Assembly (NCBI GenBank): GCA_902597675.1
Contig: CACJYR010000001.1
Coordinates: 7,659 to 71,658 of the forward strand
Length of the DNA: 64,000 bases
Source of the DNA: an uncultured Pelagibacteraceae bacterium
GTDB lineage: Bacteria; Pseudomonadota; Alphaproteobacteria; Pelagibacterales; Pelagibacteraceae
Direction: 5' to 3'
Part shown: positions 58,486-64,000 of the stretch, one piece after another
Position numbering within the stretch: position 1 is the stretch's first letter
Layout: the number at the start of each line of letters is the position of its first letter
Translations under genes and position numbers: made by a program
The notes under the pieces: generated by a model
What the model was told of the DNA's origin: nothing
Database searches by the model: none
The model's input: only the letters and a program-made list of their open reading frames with translations

Positions 58486-61017
58486 ATGCTTAACAAAACA
58501 CTAATATTACTAACTACTTTTTTAATCATTTTATCTTCGTGTGCGCGTACACCAAAGGAAATTAGTTTAAACGACTCTCAAGAAAGAGTTGATCAAGATA
58601 TTTTAAAAATTGAACAAATCAAAAAACAAAATGAAACTTGGGAAGAAAATATCAAAATTGATCTTTACACAGCTATTGCCCTTGCAATTAAAAATAATAG
58701 AGAGTTAAAGATAAAACAATTAGAGACAGGGATCGCTTATAGACAATTAGATAAAGTTGAATTTGAAATGTTGCCAGCAATAGCTGCGAATGCTGGTTAT
58801 TCAGGTAGCGAAAGATACAACGCAAGTGCAAGTGCAACTGTGCCAAATAATGATTTAGCAGGAGCAGTTGGAACTTCTTTTTCAACTTCAAGAACAAGAG
58901 ATGTTAATAGTCAAGATATTGGTTTTACCTGGAATGCTTTAGACTTTGGTTTATCATTTATAAGGGCAGGACAAGAAGCCAATCGATATTTGATCACTGA
59001 AGAAATGGAAAGAAAGGCTGAACATAATATTGTCAGAGATGTGATTAAAGCATATTGGAATACAATTTCAGCGGATAAATTAATCAAAAAATACGATCCT
59101 TTATTAGTTGAAGTTGATAAAGCTTTAAATGACTCACAAAAAATTGAAGAATTATTATTAACAAAACCGATGGACGCACTATTATATCAAAAAGAATTAT
59201 TAGATATTCAACGAGCTCTTCAATCTCAAAAAGAAATATTTATTGATGCAAGAATTCAACTTGCAGGGTTAATGGGGCTATTGCCAAATCAAAAATTTAC
59301 TATAGTTCCAACAGATGATCCTCTTACTATTTTAAACATGGATTTAGATGGAATGGAAAAATATGCTTTAATTAACAGACCTGAACTAAGAAAAAGTCAT
59401 TATGACGAAAAAATATCTATTCAAGAAACAAAAGCGAGTATGTCTGCTTTATTACCAGGTTTAAATTTTAATGCAGCTTGGACACATTCATCTAATGATC
59501 ATTTAATGAATAAAACAAATCTTGAATATGGATCCGTTATGGGTGCGAATTTGTTAAATGTATTTATGTATCCAAAAGTAAAAAGGATTAATGAAACTAA
59601 CACAGAGGTAATAAAAGAAAAAAGATTAGCTTTATCTATGGCAGTATTATCACAAGTCCATCTAGCAAATATCGATTATTCTTTAGCACTTGAGGAATAC
59701 GATACAGCAGAAAGATACTATCAAGTTTCAAAAAAAATCACGGAACAAATTAAAAATGCTCAAAAAATTGCAAGATTTGGAAATTTAGAACTTATAAGAG
59801 AACAGGCAAGTTTACTAGTAGCTGAACTGAGATATGATATCGCTTATTCTAAATTACAACATGCAATTGGAAAAATTTACACCTCGGTTGGTCTTGATAT
59901 TACTAGAGAAAATGTAGAAAATATAAATTTCAAAGATTATGCATCTATCATCAAAAATAATTTTAAAACTTCTGGTAAAAGATATTATGCTAAAATTAGA
60001 AAACCTATTAAAAATCAAAATCCTATTGTTAAAAAAAATAGTGAAGGTAGAACGAGCCAGTTTTCATTTTCTGAAAAAACTTTTGATTTGGAAGGTGAAG
60101 GTAGGACAATATATGATGCATTATTGAGCAACAACAAACCTCTACCAAGCTGGATTACATTTTTACCATCACAAAAAACATTTTTAGTAAATAATTTAGA
60201 TAAAGATAATACTGAAGAACTAGAAATAAAAGTAATTGCCAAAAATATAAATACTAGAATTGAAGATAAGTTTACTTTAATGGTTGATCCTGAGCTAAGG
60301 GCTTCAAGGTTAGAAAACGAGAAAAAGCTTAAAGAACAAAGAAAATTGGCCAAAAAAAGAAAACAAGAAGAGATTGAAAGACTAAAAGCTGAAAAAATCT
60401 TAGAGGAGAAAAAAGCAAAAGAAAAAGCAGCTTTATTAGCAAGACAAGAAGCGGAAGAAACTCTTAAGCAAGAAAAAGAAAAAATATTATTAGAAAAAAA
60501 ACAAGAGGAAGAGTTATTAGCTAAACAAAAAGCTGAAGAGCAAAGAGTTATAGAGCAACAACAAGCAAAAGAATTGTTAGCTGAACAAAAGAGATTGGCA
60601 GAAGAGCAAAAAAGAAAGGAATTGTTAGCTAAACAAAAAGCTGAAGAATTAAGAATTGAACAAACTGAAAAAATGAAAGAACTTTTAATGGCTCAAAGAA
60701 AGCAAATTTATTTACAACTACCAGAAAATACAAGCCAGGTACAGTCTACAAACAATAGTTCAAATAATAGTAATTTGAGTGAGAGTTTAATTAATGAATT
60801 AAAAAATATAGAAACTAAAATAAACGATGTAATGCTTAATTTAGATTTGGATAAGAGATTAGATTTGACAAAAAAAATCGTCCAAGACGTTTTTAGATCA
60901 AGCACTGCTTCTAAGGAAATTGATCCAAAATACGAAACTTTAAACTTACAAATAGTTAATCAAAGAAAATTGCTTGAAGAATTGTTGGAATATTCAAATA
61001 AATATACTAGTTATTAA
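58486..61017 (+). CDS. TolC-family outer membrane lipoprotein with C-terminal CADG-like domain and Glu/Lys-rich helix
   Basis: Lipobox LSSC; AIALAIKNNRELK, WNALDFGLS, NRPELR; LPSWITFLPS segment (~60020-60290); EK-rich stretch ~60300-60710. Confidence 0.9.
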   Translation: MLNKTLILLTTFLIILSSCARTPKEISLNDSQERVDQDILKIEQIKKQNETWEENIKIDLYTAIALAIKNNRELKIKQLETGIAYRQLDKVEFEMLPAIAANAGYSGSERYNASASATVPNNDLAGAVGTSFSTSRTRDVNSQDIGFTWNALDFGLSFIRAGQEANRYLITEEMERKAEHNIVRDVIKAYWNTISADKLIKKYDPLLVEVDKALNDSQKIEELLLTKPMDALLYQKELLDIQRALQSQKEIFIDARIQLAGLMGLLPNQKFTIVPTDDPLTILNMDLDGMEKYALINRPELRKSHYDEKISIQETKASMSALLPGLNFNAAWTHSSNDHLMNKTNLEYGSVMGANLLNVFMYPKVKRINETNTEVIKEKRLALSMAVLSQVHLANIDYSLALEEYDTAERYYQVSKKITEQIKNAQKIARFGNLELIREQASLLVAELRYDIAYSKLQHAIGKIYTSVGLDITRENVENINFKDYASIIKNNFKTSGKRYYAKIRKPIKNQNPIVKKNSEGRTSQFSFSEKTFDLEGEGRTIYDALLSNNKPLPSWITFLPSQKTFLVNNLDKDNTEELEIKVIAKNINTRIEDKFTLMVDPELRASRLENEKKLKEQRKLAKKRKQEEIERLKAEKILEEKKAKEKAALLARQEAEETLKQEKEKILLEKKQEEELLAKQKAEEQRVIEQQQAKELLAEQKRLAEEQKRKELLAKQKAEELRIEQTEKMKELLMAQRKQIYLQLPENTSQVQSTNNSSNNSNLSESLINELKNIETKINDVMLNLDLDKRLDLTKKIVQDVFRSSTASKEIDPKYETLNLQIVNQRKLLEELLEYSNKYTSY

Positions 61018-61203
61018 ATGCCTAAATCAAATACCAAAGCTTTAAGTTTTAAAAGAACACTTAATCTTAATTCTAATTCAAATCAAATCAATGGAAATAT
61101 ATTTATAAAAAGAAAAACTATAAATCTAAAAACTCCCAAAACTGTTAAAGTCAGAGTTGGAAAAAAAATTACTGGAAAAATTTCTTTAAAAAAAGATAAA
61201 TAA
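61018..61203 (+). CDS. Small highly basic hypothetical protein
   Basis: ATG immediately after the TolC stop; fills the gap to the convergent gene. Confidence 0.5.
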   Translation: MPKSNTKALSFKRTLNLNSNSNQINGNIFIKRKTINLKTPKTVKVRVGKKITGKISLKKDK

Positions 61204-61204
61204 C

Positions 61205-61627
61205 CTAAATCTCACCAATAAAGTGATGAATTATAGTTCTTTGATGTGGATTTAACCTGTGTTCAAATAAATATATACCTTGCCAGGTACCTAGCAATAG
61301 TTCTTTATTTTTTACGCTTAATGAAATTTGATTATTTGTAAGTGCAGACTTAATATGTGCCGGCATATCATCCTTTCCTTCAGTGGTATGAATATATAAC
61401 TTGTTATCCATTGGAGCTAACTTGTCAAAATAATTAATTAAATCTGTTTGAACATCTGGATCAGCATTTTCTTGAACAATAATTGAAGCACTCGTATGCT
61501 GAATACTCAAGTTTAAAATTCCATTTTTAAAATTATTTTTTTCAATCCAACTTAACGTTTTATCGGTAAATTCATACAATCGTTGACCACTGGTATTTAT
61601 TTTGAGATTATAAAATTCTTGTTTCAT
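61205..61627 (-). CDS. yjbQ: YjbQ (UPF0047) family protein
   Basis: HTSAS...ENADPDV, DDMPAHIKS, LGTWQGIYLFEHR. Confidence 0.93.
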   Translation of the reverse strand: MKQEFYNLKINTSGQRLYEFTDKTLSWIEKNNFKNGILNLSIQHTSASIIVQENADPDVQTDLINYFDKLAPMDNKLYIHTTEGKDDMPAHIKSALTNNQISLSVKNKELLLGTWQGIYLFEHRLNPHQRTIIHHFIGEI

Positions 61628-61628
61628 A

Positions 61629-62681
61629 TTAATAATTTTTTGATGTTAACTCAAATAATCGACTAATTGTACGTTTAAATGGTTTTTTCAAAGACCTAGA
61701 ACTAGACAATTTTTCTAAACTTTGTTCAGCCGTTACTGCTATTGCTCTCCCTTTATCGTAAATTACATCGATCAGTGTAATGAATCTTTGTTGTTGATTT
61801 GAATTGGTATCATTGAATTCTGGTATGTTTTCAATAATTATAAAATTGGAACTTTCAGCAATTTTTAAATAATCTTCGCCTCCTAGGTTTTGATTGCACA
61901 ATTCATCAAAATGAAACTTTGAAATCCCCTCATAAAAATTTTTTATTTCAAAATCTCTACCTTTGATATTCAAAACTTTAGAGGATAATTTTTTATTTTT
62001 AGTAATTATTCTAGAAAACTTATTTATCTTAAAATTAGTTTCTTGGTTTAAAGGATAGAAATATCTTTGTTTTTCATTTTCTTTACTTTTTCTATAATCA
62101 TCATCAATTATCAACTCATGTTCTATTGATTTTTCCTGCATTATTTGAATAAAGGGTTTAAATTGGTCTCTTTGTAGCCCATCTTTATATAGTTCTGATA
62201 TTTTTGTGTTTGAGGTCACAATAATCTTAATATTTTGATTAAATATTTCCTGAAATAGTTTGCCTAGTATCATGGCATCGACAATATTGGTAACTTGAAA
62301 TTCATCAAAAAAGATGAGTGAAAATTTTGATTTTAAATCTTTGACAAATACGGTAATTACATTTTCCTCATTTTTATCTTTATTATCATGAACAAAATCA
62401 TGAAAGTTTAGCATAAATTCATTAAAGTGAAGACGTTGTTTTTTTTGATTAATTAGATTAAAAAAAAAATCTAAAATCATAGTTTTTCCAACACCAACAC
62501 CACCATAAAGATAAAAACCTTTTTTTGACGATTGTTTGGAAAAAAAATTCAATAAAGCTCTTTTAAAATTTTCTTTGTAAAAATTATCTAATTGTTTGAC
62601 TAAAATTATTTGATTTGGGTTTAACTCTAGATTTTGTGTATTACAATGAGTTTTAAATTTTTCCTCAAGATTTAAAGACAT
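61629..62681 (-). CDS. zapE: AFG1/ZapE family ATPase
   Basis: YGGVGVGKT, HFNEFM, FDEFQV, TSN..LY.DGLQR, RTISRL. Confidence 0.92.
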   Translation of the reverse strand: MSLNLEEKFKTHCNTQNLELNPNQIILVKQLDNFYKENFKRALLNFFSKQSSKKGFYLYGGVGVGKTMILDFFFNLINQKKQRLHFNEFMLNFHDFVHDNKDKNEENVITVFVKDLKSKFSLIFFDEFQVTNIVDAMILGKLFQEIFNQNIKIIVTSNTKISELYKDGLQRDQFKPFIQIMQEKSIEHELIIDDDYRKSKENEKQRYFYPLNQETNFKINKFSRIITKNKKLSSKVLNIKGRDFEIKNFYEGISKFHFDELCNQNLGGEDYLKIAESSNFIIIENIPEFNDTNSNQQQRFITLIDVIYDKGRAIAVTAEQSLEKLSSSRSLKKPFKRTISRLFELTSKNY

Positions 62682-63112
62682 TAATTTTTTTTACTTTTAA
62701 AATCAATTCCGTATTCAGATCTTGGTCCTTTCCTTAGTCCAAACGGACCAGATATAAATAATGTTAAAGGCTTCGTCCCAGGTTTTAAGTCTACTCTATG
62801 TAAATTATTTGCAGATCGAAATCCTATATAACCGGGGGGTCGCCAGAATTTTCCTGTGCTTAATGTCTCCCAATATCCTCCTCTTAATATAATGGTGATA
62901 TATGGAAATGTATGATTGTGAACACCTTCGCCATGATCATCCGCTAACATTTCATGAATTAGAATATTAAACGGAAACCACTTCGGTCTATGTCTAAAGA
63001 TAAGATAATATCTATTCATCCATGGTTTCGCCTCATGATATTTAGGATGTGAGGGACCCCTATCTAAAACAATTTTTTTTCTTCCTATTTTATCTAAAAA
63101 TTTTAAAAACAT
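62681..63112 (-). CDS. Cupin-like hypothetical protein
   Basis: HNHTF...LRGGYWE...HRVDL putative metal motif. Confidence 0.65.
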   Translation of the reverse strand: MFLKFLDKIGRKKIVLDRGPSHPKYHEAKPWMNRYYLIFRHRPKWFPFNILIHEMLADDHGEGVHNHTFPYITIILRGGYWETLSTGKFWRPPGYIGFRSANNLHRVDLKPGTKPLTLFISGPFGLRKGPRSEYGIDFKSKKN

Positions 63113-63114
63113 TA

Positions 63115-63999
63115 CTAATCATATTGGGTTATTGAGCCATTTTTAACAATAAATAAATTTTCATTATATATTAAGGGTTTTGATATTAAATCTCGACCAA
63201 CTTTTTCAATTTTTAAAACATTTCCAGCACTTAGACTTATAACAATTAAATTTCCATCAGAATTAGTAAGATAAAGATTATTTCCACCTATGGTAAAACC
63301 TGTTGGTTTAATTTTTTTTCTTTTTTTTAAATTAAAATTTTTATAAATATCATTAATTCTAATAATGTTCCCTTCATTCTTTTGAATTGTAAAAAGATAA
63401 CCATTTTCAGACACAGTAAAAATGAAATTCCCAATTATAATTGGTGTAAGAATAGAATTAATTTCACTCATCCAATTGATGGTACCTGATGATAAATCTA
63501 CAGAATAAAATTGATTTTTATTATTTGAAAAATAAATTGAGCTTCCATCACTTACCAATTTTGAAAAATTAAAACTATATGTTTCATTCGTAATACTGCT
63601 TTTTTGTGTTGGGAGCTGCCATTTGATTAAACCAGATAAAATATCTACTGCGGTTATATCCCCAAGAGAATTATTATATATCACTAAATTATCTTTTATT
63701 AATGTTGAGAATTTTGAATTAGAAACAATAAATGAATCTTCAGTTTTTATATTCCAGCACTCTGTACCATCTTTTATATAAAAACATCTCAAAGTATTTT
63801 TGAAATCAACTACAAAAAATTTGTCTTTAAAAATTTTGATTTCTGAATTAAATGGATATTCACTTTTTTTTGACCAAATTAAATTTCCAGTTTGTAAATT
63901 AATCCTTGAAATTTTTGCTATACTATCTGCAACTAACAAATCTTTTCCTGTCATTGCAAATGATAAGGTAGGATGAATTTTCTTTTCTGTTTTTGAATA
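63115..63999 (-). CDS. bamB: BamB-like PQQ-type beta-propeller protein; N-terminus lies beyond the window
   Basis: Repeated A...TG...W blades; frame stays open to the window end. Confidence 0.7.
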   Translation of the reverse strand, partial: YSKTEKKIHPTLSFAMTGKDLLVADSIAKISRINLQTGNLIWSKKSEYPFNSEIKIFKDKFFVVDFKNTLRCFYIKDGTECWNIKTEDSFIVSNSKFSTLIKDNLVIYNNSLGDITAVDILSGLIKWQLPTQKSSITNETYSFNFSKLVSDGSSIYFSNNKNQFYSVDLSSGTINWMSEINSILTPIIIGNFIFTVSENGYLFTIQKNEGNIIRINDIYKNFNLKKRKKIKPTGFTIGGNNLYLTNSDGNLIVISLSAGNVLKIEKVGRDLISKPLIYNENLFIVKNGSITQYD

Positions 64000-64000
64000 A

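Noticed and set aside
45470-61210. Secretion locus as a mobile genomic island
   Set aside because: No integrase, transposase, tRNA or flanking direct repeat seen; variable presence cannot be judged from one window.

Overview
AT-rich, tightly packed alphaproteobacterial DNA whose gene content and style match SAR11 (Pelagibacterales). About 2.5-43 kb is the C1/methylated-amine region: metF, a GcvT-family demethylase, soxBDAG (possibly mgd), fhs, tmm, tmoXWV, tdm, an FAD oxidoreductase, two glutamine-synthetase-like ligases, mgsABC and a divergent Amt, interleaved with purEK and a cold-shock gene. The most unusual element is a ~15.7 kb locus (45479-61203) resembling a type I secretion system with no ABC ATPase. 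It encodes a lipoprotein TolC fused to a cadherin-like domain and a charged helix, two membrane-fusion proteins, a site-2 (M50) protease-MFP fusion with intact catalytic motifs, and a 2882-aa cargo. The cargo has an N-terminal LEPRxLL-type motif, DUF4347, three 5-repeat beta-propellers inserted into Ig domains, and C-terminal cadherin-like domains. Three short CDSs missing from the ORF track were found by hand. No rRNA, tRNA, CRISPR or transposase was seen. All calls come from motif recognition, not database searches.
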